NCBI GenBank assembly: GCA_032718475.1
Contig: JAUCBJ010008794.1
Span: 62,001-126,000 of the forward strand
DNA length: 64,000 bases
Source of the DNA: Nemertoderma westbladi
Taxonomy: Eukaryota; Animalia; Xenacoelomorpha
Reading direction: 5' to 3'
Shown here: positions 1 to 12,187 of the stretch, in pieces
How the letters are laid out: the number at the start of each line of letters is the position of its first letter
Position numbering within the stretch: position 1 is the first letter of the stretch
Position numbers and translations under genes: made by a program
Notes under the pieces: generated by a model
Database searches by the model: none
Told to the model about the DNA's origin: nothing
The model's input: only the letters and a program-made list of their open reading frames with translations

Positions 1-795
1 CCCTGGTTACAATTTGTTACAAATGGTTGGGGTTGCAAATTTGAGCACCCAGTATCAGCCAGCACTACCTATACTAATACTGTAATTTGCACATATGTTC
101 AGCATTTATAATAAAAAATTGCACCAAGGTAGTGAACAAAGTTAGTTAGCAAACAATTGTATTATCTCATAATCTGTTCCTAATAATTATTAAAGCAGTT
201 AGGGCACCATCTCCTGTCTACATCAAAATTATATCTGATACCAAACACAACTCATAGTATTAATGTTGCAAAAACATAATTAAACCTCCAAACTCTGATT
301 TTAATTGAACATTGCAACTATTAGTATAGTTTATTAATAGTACCCTACAGTTAGTTAACAGTACATATATGGCGAGTTAGAACTGCGAGTCATCAGTGAA
401 CTTACAGTAGGTGTAGGTTTCAGTGTGTGTGTCAGAAGCCAATATCAGAATATATAACCAGCCATAGTATAATTAAATAATAATATAATTAATAATACAG
501 TTTGACTACAGTTATATAGAATGTCAAAGAAATATTCTAGAATACATAATAATAGTAGGCCTCAAACATATAAACTTCTTAAACATTTATATAACTTTTA
601 GGAATTTTTTTATATAACTTTTGCGAATTTTTATATAACCTTTGGAAATTTAATATATAACTTTTGAGAATTTTTATACAACTTTCTTTAACGAAAATGG
701 TGCTTACATCATCCTTTAAGTATGTATACACCACCGCTGGTCTGGGCAAGGAAATTTTTTAATGATTATTTTTAACAAGGTACTTTATATTTTAT

Positions 796-1334
796 TTATC
801 CTAGGTATTTATCATTTGTAACAAGATAAGTTACTATAGGCCTACACTCACAATTTCTGTTGAACGCGACAGTAACAGCTCCATTACTGGAAGGATCGAA
901 GTTACGTGAAACATCATCTCTTAATTCACAATCGTATTCCCCGGCGTGTTCCTTCGTGCAGCCAGTAAACTCGTAGTCGATGTAATGTGGTCGGCCTATT
1001 TCTCCAGCAATGATTGGAGGATTCTTTGGAGGGTCTTCTGTGTGGTAGGTTCCTTTTATTATACAACCACGTACTGGATAAGGGGTGATTACTATTTCAG
1101 TTTTAATTGCGCTAAAAGCTGTAGTAGCGAGTTCCACCTTATCCGCATCCCCGGGTTTCTTTAACACGAACTTTGATATTGATTTTCCAGGGTTATTGCC
1201 AAATTTATATCCGATACAATAAATATTCCAACTCGCTGTTTCTTCTTCGCAATAATCAAATGAGGTTCCTGATACCGACGGTTTGGGACTATTGGGAAAG
1301 AACTTGGTGAATACCTCAACAGCAATAACAGGAT
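796..1334 (-). CDS. Probable terminal exon of a host gene with an Ig-like domain
   Basis: Open frame after a phase-1 acceptor (ttccatag|AT CCT). Has Cys in WNIYCIG and an Ig-like F-strand motif HAGEYDC, and ends in a stop. A paralog lies at 3738-4085. Confidence 0.5.
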
Positions 1335-2499
1335 CTATGGAATAATAAATAAATAACTTGATAAATAAAAAACGTATAGTATATATGTGCACATCAAAAT
1401 TCTCAAATATTAACATTACCGGTACTCAAAAATATATTATATACACTATACAGGTTGCAAGACTGGCAATCTAGCTAAGATAAGATAATAGCAGTTTAGT
1501 TAGTTAATTAAGTTGGTTAATAACTCAGCCAAATGTTAGTGAAATTTAACTAAACTTGGTACACATGTAGTCTGGCCAAAGTTTAGAAATTTTCCAAGTT
1601 AAAATTCCGCTTGGCCTTCGAGAAGATAAGATAATATCAGTTAATTAGTTAATTAAGTTGATTAGGGTAAAAACATCAATTTCAACCTGCAAGGATTAGA
1701 GATGAGATTGGGGATGAACAGAGGGTGCAGTGCAGTAGCAATAGTTTGAGGGGGAGCCAGTGGCAGCGACTGAACAGCACCTTCTGGTGCAGAGTAACAA
1801 TATAGAATGAGTCAGGATAACGGAAGTAGGCAACCATCAGGGCCCTATATTTTGACAGAGGGGTGCATGGCTGGTAGGGGAGAAAGCGGAGTAGGTTCCT
1901 ATATCCTATGTGTTGGGGTTAACGAGTTGATTTGGAAGGCCTGCCATGTAGGGTGATGCTTGGCCTGTGGAGAACAAACAGGAACCAATCACTGAGCAGG
2001 GTAGTTGGGATAGAGTGGATGTAGGTTGGGGACCACGACCACAGGGTGTTGACTGGGTTCAATGATGGACAATGGGAGAGATAGAGGCCCTGTTCATGTG
2101 AGTCAGAGAATGGTACATGATGAAGTGAGGAGAAAACATGTTTCTGAAGAAGACACAGGATCCAGGGGTGAGAGGTTGGCTTCCCAGATTAGGGATCTTG
2201 GAGATGGGCACCCCTGTGCGGTCCTACGAATTACCCCAAAATACCCCAAAACACCCCAAAAGACCCCAAAATACAGTAAGGTATAGGTACCGGTATATAA
2301 GTATATAGTATAGGTATATAGGTAAGGTAAAACACAATAATTATTTATTACATGGAAATAAAGTTGAAAATGTTTTCACTATTCTCGACTTCTCGAGGGA
2401 TCTAGAGGCTGAGCAGGAACCATGGAGCGGTGCCTGGGGCGTCCCTGTGCTGACCCTGCCAACCAAGCCGATCTTGCCACCCGCGTGGTCCGCGAATGG

Positions 2500-3737
2500 A
2501 CCATGGAGCCTATTTTGGCACTTAGAAGGATAATTGAAGAGTTATCAAAAAAGAAAGACAGGCATCTGGCTGTTATCTTTGTTGACTTCTTCAAGGCCTT
2601 TGATTCAGTCTCTCGCTCACGTATGTTCAGCATACTTTCATTATATGGGATTCCTGATGAAATTATTGCAGCAATCAGATCAGTATACGATGGTTCAACA
2701 ACATTTGTATCTACTGTTGACGGTGACACAAAACCATTTGAAGTGTTATGAGGCGTCCTCCAGGGAGACACACTTGCACCATTCTTGTTCATAATTGTTG
2801 TTGACTATGTTCTACGCATGTCCTTAGATCATCATAATGATGATGGGGTGATGATAACTCCACCTACTGGCTCCAGAAGTCGAGGAAATCCTGCCAAGTA
2901 CCTAACTGATCTAGACTTTGCCGATGACTTAGGAGTACTCTCAGAATCACTAGAGGGAGCCCAACGGCTCCTCAGCTCATTAGAACATGCTGCTTCTAGT
3001 GTTGGTCTTTTTATTAACTCCAGAAAGACCAAAATTTTGACAGTTACCTTTGAAAGTCCTCAGCAAGTCTCTGATCGGATGAGCATAAGCTCAAAAGATG
3101 GTATGCTTGAGCATGTGGATGACTTCTGTTACCTGGGATCATGGATCCGGAAGTCAGGTGAGGACCTTCGAATACGTAAGGGAAAGGCATGGGCAGCCTT
3201 GAATAGGCTTTCCAGGATTTGGAAGTCACCGAGAATTAATCGGAAACTTAAGGTCCGGTTATTTAGAACAGCAGTAGTTCCAGTACTCCTCTATGGGAGT
3301 CCATGCTGGGCTCTAACTGCTGAGGACACCAAATCTCTGGATGGCACATTCACAAGAATGCTACACCGGGTTCATTGTGTCAAGTTCAATGCACACATCT
3401 CCAACCAGACACTATATAACATTGGAGGTGTCTCATTGGTTCCCCCAAGCTTGACACTAGAACAAAATCGCCTCCGCTTTGCAGGACATTGCTTTCGCCG
3501 TGAGGACCAGCCAGTGCATAATCTTGTACTTTGGCAGCCTCATGGAATGAATAAGCATAGTGGACAGCCCATGACTTTCTTGAGACGCATCTTAAAGGAC
3601 ACTGGCCTTGAAGATGCGGATGATCTAGCAAATGTCATGGGTGATAGGGAGTTGTGGCGGTGCAATTTTGTCGATAAGCCGGCACAGCATTCTTAAAAAT
3701 GCAGCTGCAATGCAGCATGCCGATCCTAGTAGTAGTA
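2500..3737 (+). mobile_element. 5'-truncated RTE-clade LINE (RT), with an in-frame stop
   Basis: Motifs FVDFFKAFDSV, L*GVLQGDTLAP, LDFADDL, FCYLGS, RLRFAGHCFR; (TAG)n tail at 3727-3737. Confidence 0.9.
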
Positions 3738-4085
3738 CGGCTGTTTCTCCAGCAATGAGTGGAGAATTCTTTGTAGGGTCTTCTGTACGGTAGGTTTCCT
3801 TCAGTATACAACCACGTTTTGGATATTCGGTGATTATAATTTTATCATCAAGCACGTTATATACAGTGGTAGCGAGTTCAACCTTAACAGAAACCCCGGG
3901 TTTCTTTACCACCAACTTTGACCACGATTCTTCAGGGTTATTGCCAAATGCATATCCTATACAATAAATGTTCCAACTCGCTGTTTATCCTTCGCAATAA
4001 TCAAATGAGGTATCTAATACCAGTACCGCTGGTTCAGGATTAACGTGTTTGAACTTGGTGAATACCTCCACGGCAAAAACAGGAT
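3738..4085 (-). pseudogene. Disabled paralog of the Ig-like exon, truncated at the RTE
   Basis: Collinear with ~991-1334 (KKPG..KVELATT, YP.RGCI.K.TY.TEDP.KN); same-phase acceptor ttccag|AT CCT; has an internal stop. Confidence 0.7.
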
Positions 4086-4432
4086 CTGGAAGTAGAAATA
4101 GGGTACATAATTTGAAGGATTGCGTTGTGGTGATGGTGGTGCTTCGACCTTCGAAATAAGATAATGTTACATACCGGTACTCTACTATATATAAATAGCG
4201 CCATGAACAGATGAAAGAATAAACACTTTAAATTAGTCGATAATAGGGTATTTGGCTCTATCTTTAAATATGTTACTGGAACCATACGCGTACCGGTAGT
4301 GAAATTTATAAATAAAATCCCAAATACTAAATTTTTGTAATTTTGTTTAAATTTTTCGATTTGTTAGTTTCTTGTTTTGCCTAAAATTTTTTTAAGTTGG
4401 ATCTGAAAAAAAATTTTGTAATTTGGAAGGTC

Positions 4433-5657
4433 TGTAAAAGCTTTTGCTGAATTGTCCGGTTATTTTTCCTTATTTTTCCCGTAAAGTACTCTGTAGTTGG
4501 TTTACCAGGCATAAAAAGGCCGTGTCCTTGCTGTACTGGTGTTTTAGCGGACATAAAAGCTATTTCTTCTGTATTTGTACTTTAGAGGACATAATCCGTA
4601 ATTCCGTGACGTAAAAGCTCGATACTCTTGAAAACAGTGTCGCTACCATGACGACGGCTAGCAGCTGATATTGCCACGTCGACGTTTCTTTGTTTCTCTG
4701 TTCTCTCGTTGTTCAGGTTGACCAATCAGAGCGTTTGTTGTCTCTGTGTTGGAGGTGTATACAGAAACTCAGTAGTTCAGTGTTATGTTTTGCCCAGAGC
4801 CTAAGAACCGGCTTTTGGCACCTCCGTGTTTTCAGTTTTTAGTCCTACACTAGTAGGCTTAATTATAAGGACATATATCCGTTATCTGCAAACTGATGTC
4901 TGATGTCTGATGTCTGATGTCTGCATACTGCATACTGCAGTACTGCATACACGGCATACTGTGTAACACTGTGCATACTTTTATATTGTTATACTGCTAT
5001 TTACTGTCAGTTCTTCATAATATGGTTGATGAATTATTATATTTGGAATAACGACAAATAACCCCGAAAACCCAATATTCTTGATATACCGAAGGTAAGA
5101 GAGAAAGGTTACAGATAAATGATTGCGACCTATGTTGAGTGGTTTGAAGTGAATCTAATGTTATTTGATAGACCCTACATGATTCGGTCCGTGTTCCTTT
5201 TATATGTGACTAAAATCAGTGAAGATCGGCAGATCAGTGTGCAGTATTGTGCAGCATTGTGTATGAGTGAGACTGATAACGAAGCATTTCCTAAAGAATG
5301 CGCCATATATGTGAATTGTAACTAAGCCATATCGTTGTGAGTAGTTTAAGTCATAACTCTGTTTGTATAGATAGAGCGCCACGTCCTAAAGGAACTGTTA
5401 ATATTTCCCGAAGGTGAATAATATTGTCAGAGATTATATAATACTGTCAGTCGAATAATACATTAGGCTTACATAGCAATAAAATTAAGCCGTCGAACCC
5501 AATCTCCCGGGTATATCCAGCGGGTGAATGATCGCGCACAGATTGGTTTCAACTAGTGTAGTGAATTAAATACTTGTCATAGACTAAAGGTGATTTATTA
5601 TCTAGAAGACATCCTAATTTGGCGGGTTAAACTGCCAAAGGTCTGAAAGCGCGAACA
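4433..5657 (+). repeat. 5' LTR of copy 1
   Basis: Ends TGTAAAAGCTTTTG...AAAGCGCGAACA shared with three other copies; 4458-4595 is identical to 15117-15254. Confidence 0.8.
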
Positions 5658-7765
5658 ATAACGGATATAGCTTCTTTATTGCAGTAAGCAATAAAGTTGA
5701 AAGTACCGGTCAACCGGTAAACCTGAAAGGGTACATCTGTAGGTCAGTAGGCCCAACTGCCAGAACCGGTACTGCCGTAGGTCCGTAGGTCCAACTGCCA
5801 GAATCGGTACTTCAGTAGGTCGGTAGGCCTAACTGTCCTAACCGGTACTTCCCGTATAAGTACAGCAGTATTATTCGATTTGATTATTATATACCGGTAG
5901 GCCTTAATAATTAATCAGGGACTGCAGCCCTGGGTTTTTATTGAGATTTTTACTTATTTCTGTCAAGTTTTATTTGTTTGTAGGCCAGTATTGAACAGAA
6001 GGCGTGTAAGCCTGATCAGATTGTACAGACAATTTGTAGGCTGAGCTGTTGTCTGATTGCTGTTAAGTCCGAACGGATTGCAGTGTGTGTAGATCACTTG
6101 TCCGATAAAGAACGGTTAGGAAGTAGGGGCAGCGAATGCTGTAAGGTAAACCCCCCAACTAAAGAATAAGTCGTACTACTGGGTTAGAACGCATACTACC
6201 TAATTATTTCGGAGTCTGCATATACCGTAGTTTGTTTAGGCTTGATAGTAGTCTGTCAGTGTTCGGTCTGCATTTTGTTTGAGTAGTTTGTACGCGTAGC
6301 GTAATATTTATTATTCAGAGTTTATGCGATTATTCGCAACATTCATATCCCCAAGTTTGTTCCTACAGTAATTGTGTTTGTTATACATACCGTTATAGTT
6401 AAACTAACCCCGGTACTATACGGGCTGCTTGGCGTAGGTAAAGACTGGTGATTTTGTGCACCGGTCACTCCAGCAGATGCCGTGGTTCTTTTAACTGTTC
6501 AAGTATATTTAACTACTGATTATATGTTATACAAGTACTCGTACCTAATTTAGGGTTTAGTGTACAGTGCTTACCGAAAGTAATTAGTGTAGGCATTATA
6601 TTTGTGTTGTAAAGTGGTTGATAGGCACGTTCGATTAGCTCTATTAACTTCTAGGTAGGAACACTCCGTGATACATAACGTAGTACCTATAGCGATACGG
6701 CTATAGGTCGTCAGGCGGTGGTATTTTCCTATCTGGACAACGCAGTGTATTTACTACTACGTATTATTTTCAAATACCGCAGTACCCTGTCCGTTGTAAT
6801 AACCAGATTTCTAACCCTTTGTTAGGCTGGTTTGTAGACTTCTTGTAAAATTACCCTAAAAATTCGTATTTTGTGTTTTTTGTAAATTTTTGTGTTTATT
6901 TAGAGATTGTAATCTCAACCCGAATCGTACGTAATTTGTAGTATTAAGTAACTTAGGTAAATTAGAATTATTTGTTTTAGTGTCCTATAAGTAACACTTC
7001 ACTGAAAGCGCACCGCTTTGTGTAGTGATTACTCCCCAGAAATAATAACATTTATTTCAAACATTGACAAACCCATTAAAACGGGTATATATATATTTTA
7101 TAAATCAAATCTAACGATTTATAAATAGTAGGCCTACCATATAACAATTAGGTCTCAATATCAGTTGGACTACTGCTTAAATAACGGCAATAAAGTAAGT
7201 TAAGGTAACCAAGTAACCCTTAAAATTCAGAAATTCAGTTATTTAAAATAATTGATATACCGGTATTTACAATAGGCTTATTATATTTATTTCTATAAAT
7301 TTTAGGTTGAAATCATACCGGTATTCTGTAATTAATTCTAGTTTGTAATTATACTTATATATATACACTATAAGTGTAAACTGCATACCGGTATTTACAA
7401 TAGGCCTATTATCTTTATTTCTATAAATTTAGGCTGAAATTATACCGGTACTTGTAATTAATTCTAGTCCAGAATTATATATACTACAAACTGTAAGCTG
7501 TATACCGGTATTCCCGATAGGCCTATTATATATTTATATATATTTGTGCTAAAATTATACCGGTATTCTGTGATAAACCTAGTCTGTAATAATACTTATA
7601 TAGTTATATATACTATAAGCATACCGGTATTCTAATATATTATATATATCACGCTACACTGAGTAGCAGTATCGGTAATTAATTACTAGGCTAACAGTTA
7701 ATACAGAATTACTAGACTTGCTTAGACTGTAATATAGCAGTAGGCATCCAACTGTACACATAAAC

Positions 7766-10700
7766 ATGTCTGACACAAGGCAAACTCTGTCAGATAGTCT
7801 CCTAGAAACAACAGTCTGTTTATCAGATAGGAGTATAGAGAATCCCAGACCGAGGTCTGAAACCCCTCCTACTGTAAGAAAGACAACCCCTACAGTAGCT
7901 GTGTCAGAACCTAGGTTAGTAGAAGCAATTTCGCAATTCGCGAAGTTAGTGAAGCGCCGTAGGTCTATCATCGGTACTCGGGCCCAAGTTAAGCGGGATC
8001 AAGAAGCAGCTGCCAAACAGCAGCAACCTCCTAGCCAAGAACCTAGTTCTCAGCGGCCCGAGAGCTCCAGTAGTTCGGATACTGTTGAGCGGACGCCCGA
8101 ACGCGGAGCGAAGATGGCGGATACGGTTTATGATGAACAGCCAACCTATGAAGAATCAACCGACGCCACTTCTTCTCAAGAAGAAAGCGAAGAGACAGCG
8201 GAAGGGCCGCGAAAGAGAGATGCCATTGACATCTATCTGTCAGACTATCAACGCTTTGTGGGAGATGAAGAGTTGAGGAGAAGGCTGGAGGGGCTTAGCC
8301 CTAATAGTGAAGGAACCAAGCTTGTGCTGGACGCAATTGATGCGGAAATGTTAGCGGCGAACCAAGCTAAATTTGATGAACTCCTCCGCATCAATAGAGT
8401 TCAAGAAGAGCAAGTAAAGAAAAAACTTATAGAAGACAAAAAGAAAATAGAAGCGACCTTGGCAGAAGCAGCGGCAGAGGCAAAAGCGGCAGCAGCAGAA
8501 GCCGAGGCAAAGGCAAAAGCGGCAGCGGCAAAGGCAAAAGCGGCAGCGGCAGAGGCAAAAGTGGCAGCGGTGGCGGAAGCAGAACGGAGAGCGACTGAAG
8601 AAACCACTCAACTAGAATTGGAATACATTCAGGAGAATCAAGACTGCATAAATAAACAGTTAACAGCTAGTAATATGCAGATGATGAATCGATCTACTCC
8701 CAAAAGACAGGGATATACATCATCTGAAGAAGGCGATACCACCGATACTGAAGGCAAGGGAAATAGATCTCGTCTAAGCAGACGTAAAAGAACATTCCAC
8801 CGTCAGAAATTGCCTGATTTGCCTCCAGCTGTTAGAAGGCAACTAAATAACACCAACTTAGGCAGTACAGAACCCACAGACCAAATAATTAAAATAGAAA
8901 GACTCCCTACTATAGTAGATGAGCCTGAAATAATTAGGCCTGTTCTCGAAATCACCCCTTCGGTGATAGACACACCTGTACTCCCTGAAGTTACCTCTAA
9001 ATTCCCTCTGCACAGCACTAAGCTACCTGTGCCCAGTAGAACAGCCCATGAGACAGTTCAGGTCCTGGACCCCGAGCGAAATATTCATGATTTGTCGCCC
9101 GTTGTCCCTCGTCCGCCCGCTACAACGTTGGCGACTCCCGCTTCTGCGGTCGAATGGGTGGACGAGAGACGGCGGGGGATGGATCTCCTGCTCGGGCAGA
9201 TGCAGGAGACTGTTCAGCAATTCGGGGGCACAGTAAGGGAAAGTAGGCTAGAGTTGCAAGAAGTGCAGCAAAATATCACGCTAGAACGTGATAAATTAGT
9301 CAATTTACAAAAGGGTATACCACCACCCCTTGTAACAATGTGTCAACCTGTTAGGTCTGAAGTATCTCATGCGCAAGGTGTGGAGCCTACACGCATCTAT
9401 ACTGCTAGCGAAGTAGAAACTCCTATAGTGAACCCTATTAAGGGTAATTATAAACCTGTTGATAATGATATTCCCTATAGACCGGATCATAATCCGAGAA
9501 ATTTATATACCGATAACTCGATATTAAATAACACGATGGCCCAAGAAAGTTTTACGCGTCAAATGGCTAGAACCGAAGCCCGGCAAGCGGTAAAGGTGGG
9601 AGAGATCGTCAAGTTCAATGGAGATGAGATGAAATGGTTACCTTTTAATGAATATTACAAAGATAACATACAGAACTCTGTGCTATCTAATGGAGAGAAA
9701 CTTAGATTCCTCATCGAGTGCTTGGAAGGATCTCCCAAGTCAATGGCGTTAAAATTTATTGGACATCCAGATGGATTAAGACAAGTTTGGGATACACTAA
9801 ACATCAGGTATGGTAATAGGACTAACATAGCTAGGTATTTATATGCGAAATTAATGGCGCCCCGAAAGTTTCTTAGCAGCGGGATTATAGAGTTTTCCGA
9901 TGAGATTCAGGAGATCTGTAGACAACTAGATTGGTTAGGTAAGTCTCATGAATACCAGAATTCTATGGTTGTAGGAGCCTTAGCATCTACTTTGCCCAAG
10001 GGTGGAGTAGGTACACGCTGGGACAAGAAGGTGTTATATATGATGGAACAACAACGACGAGACCCTACCATGACTGATCTCATGTCATTCTTAGATAGAG
10101 AAGTGAAATTACAGCTCCTAAGGCAGTCCAGAGAGAAGACATTGGAAAACAAGGTAAGTGAGAAACCCGTTTCTAGGAGAAGGGTAACACCAGTATGTTA
10201 TACCGACGACGGTGAAAGCCAAACTTCTCAAGGAGAGGACAGCGGGAAAGACACTGACAGATCTTATTATGTCAATAAAATGCCTAAAGATCAGGTAAGT
10301 AAATCCGAGTCTCGACCCAATGACAGAAGGGAACCGGTACAAAAAACCCTTCCTACGTCTCCTAAAAGAATTCAGGTGAGAAAGCCCGAGGAAAGAACAA
10401 GTGTGCACCACATAGCACAGGTTAAAGTAAGTAACATCAAGCCAAAATGTGTGCTGTGCGACGGGCCCCACTGTTTAAATGCGTGTGATAAATTCCTGAG
10501 GAAATCACTAAAGGATAGACGTGAAGTCATGTGGGATAAGCGGTTGTGTTATAATTGCCTCAGACGAGGACACCAACGGCGAACCTGTTACTCCGACGCA
10601 AGGTGTGCAAAGTGCGGCGCAAAACATCATATCTTGTTGCACACGGAATTCGAACGAAACAGCCCGAGTCAGGTAAGTGAGTCCGAACTACATGTCCAAT

Positions 10701-12187
10701 TCAGTGATGTGAACGACACTGATCAATCTGAGATGGAAGGATTCTATACGGACGAGTTCTCCGACGAAAACGAATCCTGTTACTTAATAAACACCACCGC
10801 AGTGTATCGAGCACTCATGTATGAGAAAGACACAGACAGCGACCTCACCCTAACTACTTCAGATCAACAACCATCTTGGAAAGCGCCAACTTCCAATATA
10901 GGAATCCGAGAATTTCCTGTAGTCCAGTTACGGGTCCACGGACCTCAGAAGAGCTATATAGTGAACGCCCTCCTGGACTCCGGTAGCACAGGAACATTCA
11001 TCGATAAAGAACTAGCCGAAGTCATCTTTGCTGGACAACCCAAGTTCCGAACCAAGCTAAACATGTCAGGGATCATGCAGGTTTGGAATTCTACTGTAGC
11101 TGCCGACTATTATATAGGTGAGTTGTCCACTCCACAGGATAAACTAGGAGAATACAGTATAAGGTCAGTAAAAATGGTGGCAATAAAGAACTTCGCTACC
11201 ACCCAAGTGGAACCTTATAATTGGGACGAAGATGATCATGCCCAACAACTTAACATCCCTAGATTCGACACCGATTATCCTGGAGTACAAATATTAATCG
11301 GTCAAAACGCGCATGAGGCGCTGGAGACATTAGAGAAACGACCTACTCAACCGCAACCACTTCAGACCTATGCGGTAAGAACTAGAGTAGGTTGGTACCT
11401 TACTGGACCTTTCCGTAGAACGCTCAGGGAAAGACTGCTTCAAGATCGCGTCTGCCAGGTGAGTGAATGGGAAGACGATACTAGTGAGGGAGACGACCCA
11501 ACTGAGGGAACACCACACTCCTCAGATAATGACAATCTTAACTCCAATGTAGATCAATGGAGATATTGCCCCAAGACGATGAATACAGCCGACATCGCTT
11601 CCAGAGGAGCAACTCCTCAAGAACTGACAGATACTACAGACCGGTTAGGTGAACCCGACTTCCTGAGTAAGGAGGATGAATGGCCTCCCCATCTTACTCC
11701 GACTGAGATTAGACCAGCCAAGGGAGCGGAGAAAGTCAAACCAAAAACCCGGACGGGTGGAGCGGAGTTATTTGAACCCGGGATAGATCTGTCGGTATTA
11801 CATATTGCCAGGGACGACGCCGTGGATCTGGACCTCCCCACCGCGAGTGGATCCTTCATGAAGATCAGAGAGAGCGATTGGAGCTCTGGAACATCAGACG
11901 TCTCGCAGGGACTCTCACCTCTCCTGCAGGGAGCGACGGACCACTATAGCTCCTGGAATCGGCTTTGTAAGGCCGTCGTGTACCTAGAGCGATGTTTCTA
12001 TCGTCACTATTCCAGGACGAAGAGGAAACCTGGAATTGTATTCGGGATGCAGCGACTCAATCACCCAGTCGGTCGTTTGTGTTTACCGGAAGGGAATAGA
12101 GGACTCTCCGGAAACTGTGGAAGGCAAGATTCTCTTCCCACGACCACCTCCCTAATCCTTCAAACATCTAGGGACTCCATAACGTAA
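7766..12187 (+). CDS. BEL/Pao Gag + aspartic protease, with residual RNase H and integrase tails (1473 aa, open)
   Basis: DUF1759-like capsid region (KFNGDEMKW...EKLRFL), triple zinc knuckle (CVLC..H..C, CYNC..GH..C, CAKC..HH..LH), protease ALLDSGS, RH tail WRYCP..NTADIASRG, IN tail HPVGRLCL. No RT YxDD and no DDE core. Confidence 0.9.
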   Translation: MSDTRQTLSDSLLETTVCLSDRSIENPRPRSETPPTVRKTTPTVAVSEPRLVEAISQFAKLVKRRRSIIGTRAQVKRDQEAAAKQQQPPSQEPSSQRPESSSSSDTVERTPERGAKMADTVYDEQPTYEESTDATSSQEESEETAEGPRKRDAIDIYLSDYQRFVGDEELRRRLEGLSPNSEGTKLVLDAIDAEMLAANQAKFDELLRINRVQEEQVKKKLIEDKKKIEATLAEAAAEAKAAAAEAEAKAKAAAAKAKAAAAEAKVAAVAEAERRATEETTQLELEYIQENQDCINKQLTASNMQMMNRSTPKRQGYTSSEEGDTTDTEGKGNRSRLSRRKRTFHRQKLPDLPPAVRRQLNNTNLGSTEPTDQIIKIERLPTIVDEPEIIRPVLEITPSVIDTPVLPEVTSKFPLHSTKLPVPSRTAHETVQVLDPERNIHDLSPVVPRPPATTLATPASAVEWVDERRRGMDLLLGQMQETVQQFGGTVRESRLELQEVQQNITLERDKLVNLQKGIPPPLVTMCQPVRSEVSHAQGVEPTRIYTASEVETPIVNPIKGNYKPVDNDIPYRPDHNPRNLYTDNSILNNTMAQESFTRQMARTEARQAVKVGEIVKFNGDEMKWLPFNEYYKDNIQNSVLSNGEKLRFLIECLEGSPKSMALKFIGHPDGLRQVWDTLNIRYGNRTNIARYLYAKLMAPRKFLSSGIIEFSDEIQEICRQLDWLGKSHEYQNSMVVGALASTLPKGGVGTRWDKKVLYMMEQQRRDPTMTDLMSFLDREVKLQLLRQSREKTLENKVSEKPVSRRRVTPVCYTDDGESQTSQGEDSGKDTDRSYYVNKMPKDQVSKSESRPNDRREPVQKTLPTSPKRIQVRKPEERTSVHHIAQVKVSNIKPKCVLCDGPHCLNACDKFLRKSLKDRREVMWDKRLCYNCLRRGHQRRTCYSDARCAKCGAKHHILLHTEFERNSPSQVSESELHVQFSDVNDTDQSEMEGFYTDEFSDENESCYLINTTAVYRALMYEKDTDSDLTLTTSDQQPSWKAPTSNIGIREFPVVQLRVHGPQKSYIVNALLDSGSTGTFIDKELAEVIFAGQPKFRTKLNMSGIMQVWNSTVAADYYIGELSTPQDKLGEYSIRSVKMVAIKNFATTQVEPYNWDEDDHAQQLNIPRFDTDYPGVQILIGQNAHEALETLEKRPTQPQPLQTYAVRTRVGWYLTGPFRRTLRERLLQDRVCQVSEWEDDTSEGDDPTEGTPHSSDNDNLNSNVDQWRYCPKTMNTADIASRGATPQELTDTTDRLGEPDFLSKEDEWPPHLTPTEIRPAKGAEKVKPKTRTGGAELFEPGIDLSVLHIARDDAVDLDLPTASGSFMKIRESDWSSGTSDVSQGLSPLLQGATDHYSSWNRLCKAVVYLERCFYRHYSRTKRKPGIVFGMQRLNHPVGRLCLPEGNRGLSGNCGRQDSLPTTTSLILQTSRDSIT

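Noticed and set aside
1680-2290. Purine-rich segment with a 74-aa ORF
   Set aside because: No recognisable motif or boundaries.
7257-7630. TACCGGTA/TAGGCCTA palindromes as element-specific signals
   Set aside because: The same words occur in unrelated AT-rich DNA (e.g. ~1417, 2288, 4172, 58686, 63632), so they look like genome background.
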